Below are positions 1 through 13,173 of a stretch of DNA of 64,000 nucleotides, piece after piece. This DNA comes from Eledone cirrhosa (lineage: Eukaryota). The notes under the pieces are model-generated. The model searched no databases. It was not told the DNA's origin and saw only the letters and a list, made by a program, of their open reading frames with translations. The translations under genes and the position numbers were made by a program. Each line of letters begins with the position of its first letter. The first letter of the stretch is position 1. The DNA lies in NCBI GenBank assembly GCA_964016885.1, contig OZ024740.1:335358001-335422000 (forward strand), in the 5' to 3' direction.

Positions 1-176
1 GAATCTGCTGTATAGATATCACTTTCAACGTTTGACCGGCTCCACTCACTCCCTCATTGTTCTACAGGCAAGTTCAGCCACCCCTACCCCCACCAAATGC
101 CATGATAGACTTACTTGTGTTTACAACACTTTTGACAAATCCTCTTGACAAGTACAATCTTCCCATATCAGGAAGT

Positions 177-272
177 ACCCCTTGATAAGTTCGGCTATTT
201 ATTTACCAGGCTAAAAATTCTAATTTAGTCCAGAAATAGCCGTCGAAACGGCTTGAGCTCTGCCGTCGGGGT
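177..272 (+). ncRNA. Degenerate type I hammerhead ribozyme with long helix II (longest local copy of the 'GCCGTC' pLTR-like family)
   Basis: ACCCC-TTGATAA (2 changes from CUGAUGA)-G..CGGCTATTT..AAATAGCCG.C-GAAA-CGGC-ttgagctct-GCCG-TC-GGGGT. Helix I ACCCC/GGGGT, helix III ACGGC/GCCGT, GUC cleavage triplet. Followed by (TA)n. Confidence 0.7.
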
Positions 273-824
273 CATACTTTTTCATATATATATATATATC
301 AGTGTGTGTGTGTGTGTGTGTGTGTGTGTATTTGTGTGTATGTATGTATATATGTGTATGTATGTATACGTATGTATGTTAATATATGTGTTTGTGTGTG
401 TATAGTTATAATTCCGTATGTGTATTTACATATATGTATGTATAAATACATTGACATATGTACGTTGTATGTGTCAGTCTGTCTATAATGTTTGCTGCTA
501 AAAGTGCAGACCTTTCAGTATTTGTATTTGTATTAATCTAGCTGACTGAACAATCAATGCGCTCTCACCAGGAGTCTCTTAGAATATATTATATATATGG
601 GTAGTGCCAGCTGTTTCATTCATTCCATTGACTCATGCAAGTGTTTAGATATGTGTTTAGATATGCTGTAGCAAAAGTATCTGAAGTAGCAAAGAATATT
701 TACTTCCTTATTCAGTATAAAAGTTCGTTAAAGATTTCAGTGTCCAAATTCCTAAACAATAATGTGATGTCACGTTACGGAAGTAACCGCTGATACTAAA
801 AAATGCGTTCACACACACACACAG

Positions 825-857
<33 letters not shown>

Positions 858-902
858 CATGTCTGTGTGTGTGTGTGTGCATATATATATATATATACAC
901 AC

Positions 903-934
<32 letters not shown>

Positions 935-970
935 GTAGAGGTTATAAATATAGTTTCCATTTGTTAATAT

Positions 971-1044
<74 letters not shown>

Positions 1045-1242
1045 CCTTACAGCATTCGTAGGCTGCACATTCATCATGCTAAATCTGTTGACTATTTATT
1101 TCTAGTATTATTTTTATGTTTTTGTCGAGAGATGGCTATAAATAATCCTGTCCATTCATTGATTTGTCATAGTCTCACATGCATCTTAACAACATATCGG
1201 TTCTCCAATCTGTTGCGCAAACTGGGATTACAAGTGCAACAC

Positions 1243-1348
1243 TAACTTAATACGCGAAATAACACGCCATCTACATGGTGACGAAATAGAGATGCGCATC
1301 TCTATTTCATCACCATGTAGATGGCGTGTTAGTTCACGTATTAAGTTA
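1243..1348. repeat. Near-perfect ~106-bp palindrome (foldback relic) beside (TA)n
   Basis: Arms TAACTTAATACG..AATAGAGATGC / GCATCTCTATT..CGTATTAAGTTA, centre 1295/1296, no spacer. Confidence 0.9.
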
Positions 1349-1350
1349 TA

Positions 1351-1384
<34 letters not shown>

Positions 1385-1387
1385 TTT

Positions 1388-1563
1388 TACGATCGACTTT
1401 CGTCAAATCGGACCGAGGGAACAATGTTTCCGTTGGTCTTTCCAATTGCTAATACTATCTATCGGTCGCAACTCCAGGTAGAAGGAGCAATGTGAAATAA
1501 AGTGTCTTGCTCAAGGACATAACGCATCGCCTGGTTCAGGAATCGAACTCACAACCTTACGAT

Positions 1564-1568
<5 letters not shown>
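1388..1568 (-). mobile_element. tRNA-derived SINE (family B), 5' part lost
   Basis: Minus strand has B-box GAGTTCGATTCC followed by GTCCTTGAGCAAGACACTT, a core typical of V/CORE-type SINEs. Related copy at 58724. Confidence 0.7.
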
Positions 1569-1639
<71 letters not shown>

Positions 1640-1641
<2 letters not shown>

Positions 1642-1795
1642 CAAATATTTATTATTTTTACAAGTATGTTTCGAAACAGCGAACGAGTTTGAAAATGAGA
1701 AATAGAAGCTTTCGACGTATTTTTTGACTGAATAAGCTTTAGCTTGAAAGTGGAGTTTATCACACTCAGAGAAATCTGGAAAAAGGTGATGGCAT
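1640..1795 (-). repeat. Dispersed repeat fragment, same family as 26474-26700
   Basis: Reverse complement aligns by eye with 26570-26700 (..TCAAGCTAAA..AAAAAATACG..GAAAGCT..TTTCAAACTCG..CTGTTTC.AAACATACTT). Confidence 0.65.
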
Positions 1796-2426
1796 ATGTG
1801 TTTCCTATATTTCTTATATTTTCCTTGCAATTATTTGTGACTATTTTGCTATAATTTCATTGTTAAAGCTTGCAGAACTCGAACTCGTCACATTTTTCTT
1901 TTTTTACCTCTGCGAACAATTTTCATCCTATTGCTAGCTCTCTACATTTGGGACCACCTGGTCTCTGTCTTTCCGTCTCACTGTAATGTTTCTGTTTAAG
2001 GAGGTAACAATTTACCCTATTTACGTCTCTCCAGCGGTAACTGTATGCACGATCGTATCTCTTCTACCTTCTTTTGTGTATTCATTCAAAATGTATACCA
2101 CAAGAGACACGAAACAGGTGATTATGGCTGGAATGCCTTTCATGGTAGGGTTGCACATTCAGACATCACTTATGGCTAAACTACAACATTTCTATAAATT
2201 TAGACTGGAAAAATTCCAAATTTAAAGGTTTAGAGGAATTTATATATAATTCTATAAACCTACATTTCGCCTTCCACTTTTTCTCTTTCTCGTTTCTAAT
2301 ATTTCTTACATTATTTCTCTCTCTCATTCGCTTTCTCAGCATATTTTCACTATTTCCAAATTCATAATGTATATATATAGATATATAAAACACGTATTAA
2401 TATTTATTTAAGTATATAAGTACATG

Positions 2427-2491
<65 letters not shown>

Positions 2492-2517
2492 GTGGTTACA
2501 CCAGTTAGTTCACTATA

Positions 2518-2557
2518 CCGATAACAATTGTTTCACCTTAGCGGATCCTCAGCTCGG
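2518..2557 (-). ncRNA. Minimal type I hammerhead in the PLE 3' pLTR
   Basis: CCGAG-CUGAGGA-U-CC-gcuaa-GG-U-GAAA-CAAUUG-UU-AUCGG. Palindromic helix III (ACAAUUGU); one mismatch at the base of helix I. Confidence 0.7.
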
Positions 2558-2719
2558 AATGTGCATGGTTATAGGAACAGGAAGGACAACCGTACGAACG
2601 CGCATGCGCAGAAACCCAGTCACTTCACACGGGCAATACTAGACTGCGTGCGAGAGGTGTAAGGGAGATAACTGCGAAAGTCCGAAAAGATTTTAGGTTG
2701 ACAATAAAATTACAAAGAA

Positions 2720-4830
2720 TCAGTCCGGAGCCTTGTAGTTATGCAATAGGTGTTTGGCGACGTGTGGACAACGTGTGAAACATTCATTTCTCGTGTTTTG
2801 GCAATCACTATTGCGTAATCTCTTTAGAATAGTTATTCGTTTGTCAATACATAAGCCACACGTCGGATTTCCACTTGCGTATGGCTTGGACTTAGTGATG
2901 GCTTTCCATTGAATGGAGTAGTCTATACTTGAGTCCTTGAGGGACCATACGTGGCTCGCGACTTTCGTGGATGAACGTCTGTCCGGGTACCTGAAGGTAG
3001 CCTGGTGGTTCAGGAAACGTTCCTTGAATCGGCCCTCCGCCATGCCCACATAGGATTTGAGCTCCTGTGGTTCGTTTGGTCGGTTGGAAATGAGCACAGC
3101 TTCATAAATTACAGCTGGTGTGTTGCATTGCTGTTGAAGGGGGCAAGATTCAGGTTTACGGCAAGAGCACCCTGGTGGGGTGTTGCTCCTAGGGCTGCTG
3201 GTGATGTGGGCCTTCATGTTCTTAGCGCAGGAGTATCCTAGTTTAACTTTGTGTCGGTTAAAGATGGAGCGGTATTTATGACCTATGGGAAAGAGTCTAT
3301 CTGATAGAGGGCTAGAAATCTTTTTCCTACCTTGGTTTTAACGTTGAGTGAGAAAGGAGGAGAGAACCAGATAGTTTGTCTATTGTTGCGCTTACTTTTC
3401 TTAAAGGTGTTGTTGCTAGTGGGAGAGTAAGTGATGGGTTGTGAGAAGCCGCTGTTAGCCAACGCCGTGTTATAGTAGGGTGCCGCCCTGTCAAAGATAG
3501 CCTTATTAGAGGAGAGGTTTGAGATTCTAGTACTGATATTCTCAACGAAGTTTCTAAAAACAGTGGGAGGGTGGCATGAGTCCTCGTGAATGTAATTGAG
3601 TTTCTCGTTTGCTTATGGAAGTGTCTGTGGGTGTGTGTGCGAAGGTCTAAATTAATGTCTAAGAAATCTACGCTAGAGAGGTTGGTGGCCACTGTTATCC
3701 TAAGTCCTAACTCATTGAAGGTTGAAGCTAAGTCTTTTTTAAACCGATCGAGGTCGTCACCACCTTTATGGCTCGATAAAGTCAGTCGATCGTCGCGGTA
3801 TATTCCCGTGTGGAAGTCCGGGAATCTAACACGTAATATGTCTAAGATAAATAGGCTAACCAAGTCACATACGTCAGCACTGTCAAACGATCCCATGTAG
3901 ACGTCGAATAGACTTCTTTGCCCAGGCTACTCCGTCGTTGAAGATGAGGGTTTTCCGGCAGTGAGCGATGATTTCCCTGTCTAAACCATCGACGGTCGGT
4001 AGTATAAGTGGTAGCGAAGTCCAACGCTTTGTTTAACAGGGTCTCTGAGATCGACGGGTAAAAATCGACAATGTTAAACTGTGTGAACTTCGCGTTTTGG
4101 GATTTTAAGGAGTTAAACCACCTAATTACGGAGTCGCTGTTCTCCCACTGGGGCAGGTTGGACTTGGTCCTAATGGTCTTAACTATGTTTCTAAGTATGG
4201 CCTTACTGACTAGTTCCATATCTGTGCGTGCCGGGTTTATTAGTCTAGATGTGGGGTTAGAAGTAAAGTCTACCTTGTGATCTTTCAGGGTGAGGAACGC
4301 CTCCCGCTTAGCTAGAGATTGTAGCTTCTTATCTACCTTAAGGTCATCGGCAAGTTCCTTGGCTTCTGTATTAATGTCGTGGTAGGCCATAGGGTTAGCT
4401 TTCTTATATTTAGAAGTATTAGCGTTATGGGCCAGGTGGCGGAAAGTGGTGTTGTTGACTTCGTAAATGTTATTAGTTTTGTCGGAAAGAACGAAGGTGT
4501 TATTCGAAGACCTAAATTTCTTAATATCATTTCTGAGTTTCGTTTGAAAGGTGTTAGTGTGCTTGCGAAAAGAAATGTTAGCGACTAAGTCAAGAAGGTC
4601 CGTCTCGAAAGGAGCAAGTTCAGTTACCTTAGGAGGCTAGGCTCTCGATTTCAATTGAAGATGTTGTTGGTGCCTGTAATTATGCCGTCAAAAGCTAGGG
4701 CTCGCCATCTTAAGCGTCTGACGACATCTTCCGCTTTTTGTAAGATGAGCTTTTGGTAAACATGGTTTGAGGGAGTTGGAATGTTCTTCAGGGAGTAATC
4801 CAGTTCGTATAAATCCAAACTGACGTTGAT
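2720..4830 (-). pseudogene. Frameshifted PLE ORF: reverse transcriptase + C-terminal GIY-YIG endonuclease
   Basis: Motifs YSLKNIP..RRLRWRA, LKDHK..RLINPA, FNIVDFYPSI, MGSFDSADVCDLV, YRDD, VDFLDINLDL, CSC..CPL..C..AVIY..YVGM..FKERFLNH..CGLC..N..CPH, split over several frames. Possibly Nematis-like (inference). Confidence 0.92.
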
Positions 4831-5680
4831 GAGATGCAAAATTGTGTAGGACACGAGGATATAGAGAGCGCTCTCAGGGTAGTAAGCCAAACTCACACGT
4901 GGTGAAGAATCTGCTAAAAGCCAAACTTCTACGTAGTGAAGAGAATCTGCTGACCGGTGCTGGAGACGTAAATATATATTTATATACTTAAATGAATATA
5001 TATATGCATACACACATACATATATATATGCATATATCATATACATTTATATGTACATACATACATATGCATATATACTGTAAATGTATAAGTATATACA
5101 TTCATATCTATTTATATGGTGTGTATATGGAAAAGAAAGAGAAGGAGACTCCGTGTTGGAATATTTAGATTCTGTGTCTGAACAAACATACAGTGTACTC
5201 ATTCAATCTACATTCAATATTTAAATACTGGCGTGTTGTTAATATCTGTCATTTTCATTCTTTCTCACGCTCTTTCTTTCTCTATTGCACCCCACCCCCT
5301 CGCCCTTCTCTTTCTATATTTCCCAACCAGATATTACGTGTTGTTTTTACACCTGACATAATTGAATTAATAACAGCATGTCAGGAAATTATTTGATTAA
5401 ACAACAGCACTTATTTAATATGGAGTATGATAGAGAATTTAATATATTTCTTATTCTATTCACTTTCTTGAATCAGGGGAAAACTAAACTTAAATTTGTT
5501 CAGAAAAATACATAACTATTGGTGTTAAAATTGTAATAAAACAAAGGAATGGAAAATATGTATTTTAAACATATATGTTTTGTGTATACATTTTAAAAGT
5601 GTATTACGATGCAATCTGTTTATATAGTTGTATTGCACTGTAATCTAGATAGACACTGAAAATATTGTATTGATGACGCA

Positions 5681-5721
<41 letters not shown>

Positions 5722-5728
<7 letters not shown>

Positions 5729-5870
5729 AAGAGGGTGTGGTAAGATACCAGGTGTACCATAACGCACCAGATTATTGGTTACTTAGGTTAGTAGAGTGGG
5801 TAATATGAAAAGAGTCAGGACCTCGACAGCTGAGCTTCGGCCGTTTCGACAGCTAGATCCGAAGTCTTTG

Positions 5871-5873
<3 letters not shown>
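5722..5873 (-). mobile_element. 5'-truncated 'GCCGTC'-family pLTR-like fragment in (TA)n
   Basis: Minus strand: GTC-GAAA-CGGC..GCTG-TC-GAGGTCCTGA..TATTACCCACTCTACTA..CTGGTGCGTTATGG. Only the 3' half of the hammerhead is present. Confidence 0.75.
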
Positions 5874-5906
<33 letters not shown>

Positions 5907-5917
5907 GGGGGGGGCAT

Positions 5918-5961
<44 letters not shown>

Positions 5962-6154
5962 TCTGAAAGCCAAATGTAGGCAGTTACAGAATAGCCATTC
6001 GCTGAAACACTGAAGTCTCTGCAGTGTTTCTTCCGAAAAAAACATTACACTCCAAACATCTCACATATATTGAATTTATTCAGGTAGGGATTAAATATTT
6101 TATGCTCAATAGTATTTTATGATTATGTGATACATACACTCAATTTAGTATATA

Positions 6155-6203
<49 letters not shown>

Positions 6204-6206
<3 letters not shown>

Positions 6207-6283
6207 GAGTGTCCCCCCAAAAATGTATACATTTTTGATTACCTGTAGAATGCCGTTGAATTGTCTTTTTGGGAGATACAGTG

Positions 6284-6285
<2 letters not shown>
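6204..6285. mobile_element. Tiny Tc1/mariner-like MITE relic
   Basis: Imperfect TIRs TAAAGAGTGTCCCCCCAAAAA / TTTTTGGGAGATACAGTGTA in TA context. Confidence 0.4.
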
Positions 6286-6346
<61 letters not shown>

Positions 6347-6534
6347 ATGTGTATTGTATATGTATATATATGAATATATGTATATACATGTATATATATG
6401 TATATATGTATATATATTATATATACATATATATATATATATTGTTATACTTGGGGAGGGTCATAATGTTGTAATAATATTGTCAGAATTAATAACAGAA
6501 CACACTCACTGTCTACCAGAGATACCAGAGTGTC

Positions 6535-7046
6535 ATGTTCGTGGACGCTACCCTTGGAGGGAAATTAGCTAACCAGTGTAGAAAGGCCCTGAGAAAGACC
6601 CACTTAAAGATTAAGGTGATAGAAAAGTCCGGAACTACCATAAAATCCCTGATCAGCAAAACATACCCTTTTAAGAAAGCCCACTGTACTAATAGGAAAT
6701 ATATTATATGTAAAGTAAACCCCCAGATAAACTGTAAATCTAGAAACGCTGTCTATAGCATAAGATGTACAGAGGGTCTTGCAGAAACATTACAAAAACA
6801 TACATAGGCGAGACAGCTCGTAGCATAGGTGAAAGGATGGAACAACACTGGGGGGAACTAAAAGGACGAAAAAACTGTTCAGTACTATACGAACACGCCA
6901 CACAACATCATGACGGTAACATAGACAACATAGAAATTAAAATAATATCTAAACATAGAAATGACTCAGCAGATAGGCAAATCAGAGAGGCAAGTGAAAT
7001 TGAACTTAGAAGGCCAAAGCTAAATAGAAAAAAATTAATGGAATAA
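6535..7046 (+). pseudogene. PLE linker + GIY-YIG endonuclease fragment (one frameshift near 6775)
   Basis: FVDAT..KVIEKSG..C..C..CKSRNAVYSIRC / YIGETARSIGERMEQH..SVLYEH..RQIREA..LNRK. Confidence 0.88.
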
Positions 7047-7321
7047 CAAAAACACCCAAACAAACAATACAGACCTAAGAGAAATATAAATAAATAAATA
7101 AATATATACACAAGCACAATAACAACAAACACATATAAACACACACTAGTAATCTAAGATAGAATACAATAACCAAAACACAGTCACCCAAACGCGAACA
7201 CACACCAAACACTATGCACACACGCAAATGGATGCGCAGAGGACAAGACAAAAATAAATAAATAAATAAACAGATTAAATAAAGATGGCGTAGATATACA
7301 ATACAACAGGAGGAACATAAT

Positions 7322-7382
7322 AGCACCACTGACGATGTTGCAGATATGCAACGAAAGAACTTTGTTAGACTCTATATATGTG
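7322..7382 (+). ncRNA. Degenerate hammerhead in the PLE 3' region
   Basis: CUGACGA-U-GUUGC-agauau-GCAAC-GAAA-GA..UC-UA. Core and helix II intact, helix I poorly paired. Confidence 0.55.
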
Positions 7383-7610
7383 TTTGTGTCTATATTATAT
7401 CTGTATTTTTTACCGTTGGTCAGTCAATGGTAAACATTGAGGACCGAATGAATTAACTGATATAAAAGATACAGAAGCGAAAACCAGCCAAAGAGTGAGT
7501 GTGTTCTGTTATTAATTCTGGCAATATTATTACAACAATATGACCCTCGCCAAGTATAACAATATTTGAGTCGACACACGACACGATTTGATATCAAAAA
7601 CATCGCAAGT

Positions 7611-7729
<119 letters not shown>

Positions 7730-7757
7730 CACTATTTTGAGTTTCTAACTCAATCTA

Positions 7758-7794
<37 letters not shown>

Positions 7795-7923
7795 AACTGA
7801 CCAATGAGAATTAACACTATTCCTGCTGACAACATAAAATTATTGCTAACAAGCTCATATGTCCCAAGGCTCTGATACCATCAACACTATAAAAACAGAA
7901 CTGGCATATCTAAGAACTGACTA

Positions 7924-7977
7924 ACTGTCTGATGAGGTCATATCCATTCAATGGCTATCATCGAAATATATAGCAGT
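7924..7977 (+). ncRNA. Type I hammerhead in a ~230-bp non-coding insert (7792-8022) between (TA)n tracts
   Basis: ACUGU-CUGAUGA-GGU..CCA-uucaa-UGG..AUC-GAAA-UAUA-UA-GCAGU. Helix I ACUGU/GCAGU, palindromic helix III AUAUAU, AUA site. Confidence 0.82.
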
Positions 7978-9387
7978 AAATAAAGGATTATGAGTTCATG
8001 CAATTGACTTATGTTTCGTCACTATATATATATACATATATGCGTGCGTGAGTGTGTGTGTGCACATATACATATATTTATGAAAATATAAGTATGCATA
8101 TGTATGTATTGAAATGTTTCGACATTATATTCTGACTATTTTCAGCATGCGACAAGGTTTTTACAATCACTGTTATTTTATTATTGTAGCCACTCACAGT
8201 GTAAGAACAACAGTGCTATTACTGACATGAATTGGTAACAATTGAATATCTATGCTTAGAATTCTAGGAAATAGCAGCAGTAACAATAAGTGAATGTCTG
8301 GTTGCTTGGCATTGACGTGGACAAATGACTACTTGAGAAAAGCAAATAAGCAAATTTCTAATAGAATTTCATATGATTATCTCCCTTAAACGAACAAGCG
8401 ATCTACTTGATACATATTCACAAAAGGTTCACATGATATAGTAAAATATTTCATTTGAATGCTACATATTTTCCTCTATTTTGTCTACCTCGGTGCATGT
8501 TTAGAGTACTAATATAATTAATTAGTTTCAAGTGAGGTGATGTTTTCTTTATTTCTATTGGTAATTTAATTGATTGTGATTTTGCAGCCTATTTTCTCAT
8601 AAATTACATATGCACACGCCACCAATAACCAGACTCACACATACGCACATATACTCATATATATATATATATATATATATATGAGTATATGTATATATAC
8701 ACATATATGCATGTATGTAAATATACACACACACATATATATATATATATGCATATATGTATATATACACACACATATATATATATATATGCATATATGT
8801 ATATTCATATGTGCATATATATATATATACATATGTACACATATATATGCATATCAGTATGCATATATGTATATATATATATATATATGTCCCTATGCAT
8901 GTATATATGTATATAATTGAATACTAATAAAGGCATTCATTATTAGTTTATTTAATCGATTCTGTACTGTTTATTGTTTTAACATAATTGATTACATAAA
9001 CAAATTAAGGTACTGATTCAATAAAGATATCTCTATAAAGATTCGTTATGTTTACAGCGTTTTGTGAGAAAACAACATTGCAATATGAATTCATTAAACT
9101 ATTGAAATGTACTTATCTCTTTTTTATATCAAGTGCATATAGTATATATCTATCAAGTATATATTCCACCACACGTCTCGGTGAAAGCATATATATTCTA
9201 CTCAGAGCCGTCATAGCATTATAGTCCCTATATATATAACCAGAGCTTATATAGATTAGCATTGGGCCTGTAGACCTACTGTAAACTCAGGCAAATCCCA
9301 AGTCTGCTTACGCCTTTAGACTGCGCTGATTCTACCGCTTCTCACATATATATATAAATGGACACCCTGTGTCCATATATATATAGA

Positions 9388-9420
<33 letters not shown>

Positions 9421-9988
9421 ATATAGTTATATATATTGTGCATAGAGTTCTTGTTTTGGTACCATCACCAGTAATTCGCTGAATCACATACACTATACAT
9501 ATATATATGTGTGTGTGTGTGTGTGTGCGTGTGCGTGTGCGTGTGCGTGTGCGTGTGAGTGTGTGCCTGTGGTTATATTAAACTACAATAAAAAACGTTT
9601 GTATATAACGACAGTTATATGGTCTTATAGGTGTAATTATTTGGATGTATTTATAAAGTAACTGTATTGTTCAGTGAATACGTTTCCACTTAGTGCAGAA
9701 TGATTAATGAGTGGCCCACGCAGGTTTTTCTAACCGATCAACCTTAAATATATTCTCGATGAAGAGTGTATCTTTTACAATCAAGTCCAGGTGTAATTTC
9801 ATACATATTTCTGAATGGACAAATCTCCCTTCGAAGCCAATATACATTCTCCAGAATGGCTAATTGAATGCACACAGGTATTTATTGCTCACTCTGTTTC
9901 CCTCATTTTTATTTTTTTCATTTTTTTCCTTCTATCCACTTTTCACTATTTAATTTCTACTTTATCTTTTATTTCTAATTCCATTTTC

Positions 9989-10039
9989 GGGTGAAGGACT
10001 GACGGACATGTGTCCGAAACGTTAAGTGTCTTTTCATCC
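9989..10039 (+). ncRNA. Hammerhead relic with damaged core
   Basis: GGGUGAAGGA-CUGA-CGGAC-augu-GUCC-GAAA-CG-uuaag-UG-UC-UUUUCAUCC. The NGA of the core appears deleted. Preceded by a pyrimidine-rich tract, as in the other pLTR-like inserts. Confidence 0.5.
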
Positions 10040-10172
10040 TATTTTAAGCGTTAAACTAATATATTTCATGAATGTACTCTGTCTGCTGCTTGTTCATATC
10101 TCTTTACTTTTTACACACACACACACACACACACTCTCACACACACACACACACACACGCACAAACACACAG

Positions 10173-10210
<38 letters not shown>

Positions 10211-10214
<4 letters not shown>

Positions 10215-10377
10215 CGAAGGAGGTGTGGTAAGGAACCAGATGGACCATAACGCACCAGAGTACTCAATACGTAGGGTAGTAGAGTGGGTAATAGGAAAAC
10301 GTTTGACCCCGACGGCAGTCCAGAAATAGTTGTCACGACGGCTTGAGCTCTGCCGTCTGGGTCAGACATTTTCCTAT
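10211..10377. mobile_element. 'GCCGTC'-family pLTR-like fragment with inverted duplication
   Basis: Hairpin AGGAAAACGTTTGACCCCGACGGCAG..CTGCCGTCTGGGTCAGACATTTTCCT plus the family tail in reverse. (TA)n on both sides. Confidence 0.8.
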
Positions 10378-11610
10378 ATATATATATATACCTCTTCGTT
10401 TATATTCATCGATATGCACATCTAAAAGTATTGTTTTGTGCGAGTGAAACCAAAATCACTTAATATTCTATTTCTAGTTGTTATTTCATTCTTTATTTAT
10501 AAGAGAAACTTTCGTTAATCTGAAGTGAACGCTTTACTGGTATCCATGCAAGCACAAAGACAGGCATGCATACACACTCTTAACCAGCATACACATTCAC
10601 TCAAAGTTAGGCATGAATAGATCAGATTTACATAAATATCATATACCATTCATTGAGTAGTCATAGCTAATAAAATGTCATCATTTTAATATTGAAGTTA
10701 AGCAAATTTGCTAATTCCAACATCGAGTTATCATTACGAGATACATATGGTAACTGTAGTGAGAAGATAAATAACATGGTGATATTTTAATATATTTAAA
10801 TTTGCAAATTGTTTGATAGATTTAAGAGTGATAATGAATAAATATGGTGCAACGTTCGCAAAGTAATGGCTGTTAGTTTTAGATTATATTTGGATATTAG
10901 AGACGATAAATAATTGTTTCTACTAAATAATGTTTATGGTTTTGTCCTGCGAAGTTGTGAATATGAGTCGTACAGAATACAGAATTTCTTAACTATAAGT
11001 TACTACCATTGTGTCTGGCTGCCTAGTCTTAGACAAAATTGAATATCCACAGACATGATGGAGTTGGTATTTGTATACACTGGAAGGTAAGCAAACATTA
11101 TGAAATACCAACAGAAAATACATGGTGGAAACAGACACCAAAAACATTGCTTCAGAGAATTACATAGAAACTATATTGTGATATATGCCAATACACAGAG
11201 GCAGGGAGGTCAACGCCAAACAATCGGATGTTATAGTGAACGACCGCAAAAAACTGTTTCCTAATTGATATATTAATCCCGAAATTATGCAAATATATAT
11301 ATATATATCTAGAGATAGAAATAACTCAAATGTGAATAACGAAAAAAGAAACAACACCTATAATAATAGTAGCACTGTGAGTGATTAAAACACGCAGACA
11401 GATACATAACCAGAACGCAGGACTAACAAATATATACATCATACAAAAAAATGACATTGCTAAGCTCTGCACGCATATTAGTAAGACTATTCTTAATACA
11501 ATGGAAAAAAAACACCACCAAAAAACCTCACAACACATACCGAAGCCGCACATAGCTGTGCTAGGTAATGCTGTGACGAAATGCAACAAAAATATGACTA
11601 ATAAATATAA

Positions 11611-11795
11611 TAATTGTTTCTACGTTAGGCACAAGGCCAGCAAATACCCAGTGTATTACTGGTACTTTATTTTATCGACTCCGTAAGGATGAAAGGCAAA
11701 GTTAACCTTGGCGGGATTTGAACTTAGAATGGCAAGGGCCGTAACTCTATGCGCCAAAGCATAGCGTCCGACCCTCTACCAATACTGCCAATCCA
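11611..11795 (-). mobile_element. tRNA-derived SINE (family A)
   Basis: Reverse complement contains GTTCAAATCCCGCC..AACTTTGCCTTTCATCCTTACGG.GTCGATAAAATAAAGTACCAG..TAGAAACAATTA. Confidence 0.85.
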
Positions 11796-12375
11796 ATATA
11801 ATAATATGAATAATTGTTTCTACAAGTTTTCCTTAATTAAATCTGCTATACAACTCGCTGTTATAGCCAGTGACACTATTTCGCAATTATGACATCTGGT
11901 GATACAGAGATGGACCATTCTTCAAGATTCTGTCTCTATACACACACATACACACACTCGCGGGCATATATATATATATGTATATTTATATATGTATATA
12001 TATATATATTTATTCGGGTACATAAGAATGAAAAGCATCTAAAAGAGTTAAGCACTGATAATGAAAATGTCAAGATATAAATATATATTATATATATATA
12101 TATGTGTGTGTATAGAGGCAGGGGGAGATGGGGAGAAGGAGATGATGGAGAGAGAAATGGAGTGAGAAAGACGTGGAGAAAGAGAAAATAGTATAATTGG
12201 GATGAATAGAATCAAAGAAACAGGATTAAATGAAACTTATTGGATGAAACAAAAATGATAGAAAAGAATGAGGCTTGACTAGAAGTATGAAATTGGCAAA
12301 AGCAAGAGTGGAAGCAAGGTTTTGTACGATATTCTACTGTACGTACACAAACAAATTAAATACCATAGACACAGA

Positions 12376-12421
<46 letters not shown>

Positions 12422-12555
12422 TAGAAGGGGTATTTAATTTGTTGGAAGTCCAACAAATTTATATATTTATAACTGATTTAGAGCATTCAACAGTTTACTG
12501 GAGTAAATAGTCAATGATATTAAATAAATGGAAACTATATTTATAAAACCATATT

Positions 12556-12619
12556 TATTTTATTATATATATTTCAAGGGTACCAAGACAACATTGGTAC
12601 GCTTTCATCAGATAAAATA
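12556..12619 (-). ncRNA. Type I hammerhead ribozyme
   Basis: UAUUUUAU-CUGAUGA-AAG.GUACCAA-uguuguc-UUGGUAC.CUU-GAAA-UAUAUA-UA-AUAAAAUA. 8-bp helix I. Confidence 0.85.
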
Positions 12620-13173
12620 CAAAGTTTGTTTTATAAATAGAGACATACCCATGAAAATCATACCTTATCGGTTGGAAATTCACTGGATAGTGGAAATATA
12701 TTAGGGATTTTTGAAACTTATGTGTGAATATGCAAATGAATATGTAAATAATTGAAAAAAAAAACGTTTATTTAAACGACTATGGAAAGAGAGAAGAGAT
12801 AGGAGGAGAAGATAAAATAGTGCTAGAGAGGGAGAGAAGAAGAAAACAAGAGAGGATGAATAAAACTCATATAACGTTAATTTGAGGGAAATATATTCTA
12901 AGTATATATCTTAATAGTAAGTGTATTTACGAAGATTTGTTTATAATATAATATTTTACTTCTGTTATAAGTAGATAAATAAATAAATAAATAAATACAT
13001 AAATAAATACATAAATAAATAAATAAAAAATTGTTTTTCAATGATTTACATATTCATTTGCATATTCACACATAAGTTTCAAAAATCCCTAATATATTTC
13101 CACTATCCAGTGAATTTCCAACCGATAAGGTATGATTTTCATGGGTATGTCTCTATTTATAAAACAAACTTTG

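Larger units (their letters stand above)
2489..4969 (-). mobile_element. Near-full-length Penelope-like retroelement inserted in TA-rich repeats
   Basis: Colinear minus-strand ORF pieces (N-terminal, RT, GIY-YIG), HHR motif in the 3' region, TA-rich flanks. Confidence 0.93.

Noticed and set aside
600-655. Minus-strand GAAACAGCUG palindrome
   Set aside because: Core (UUGCAUGA) and helix I do not fit.
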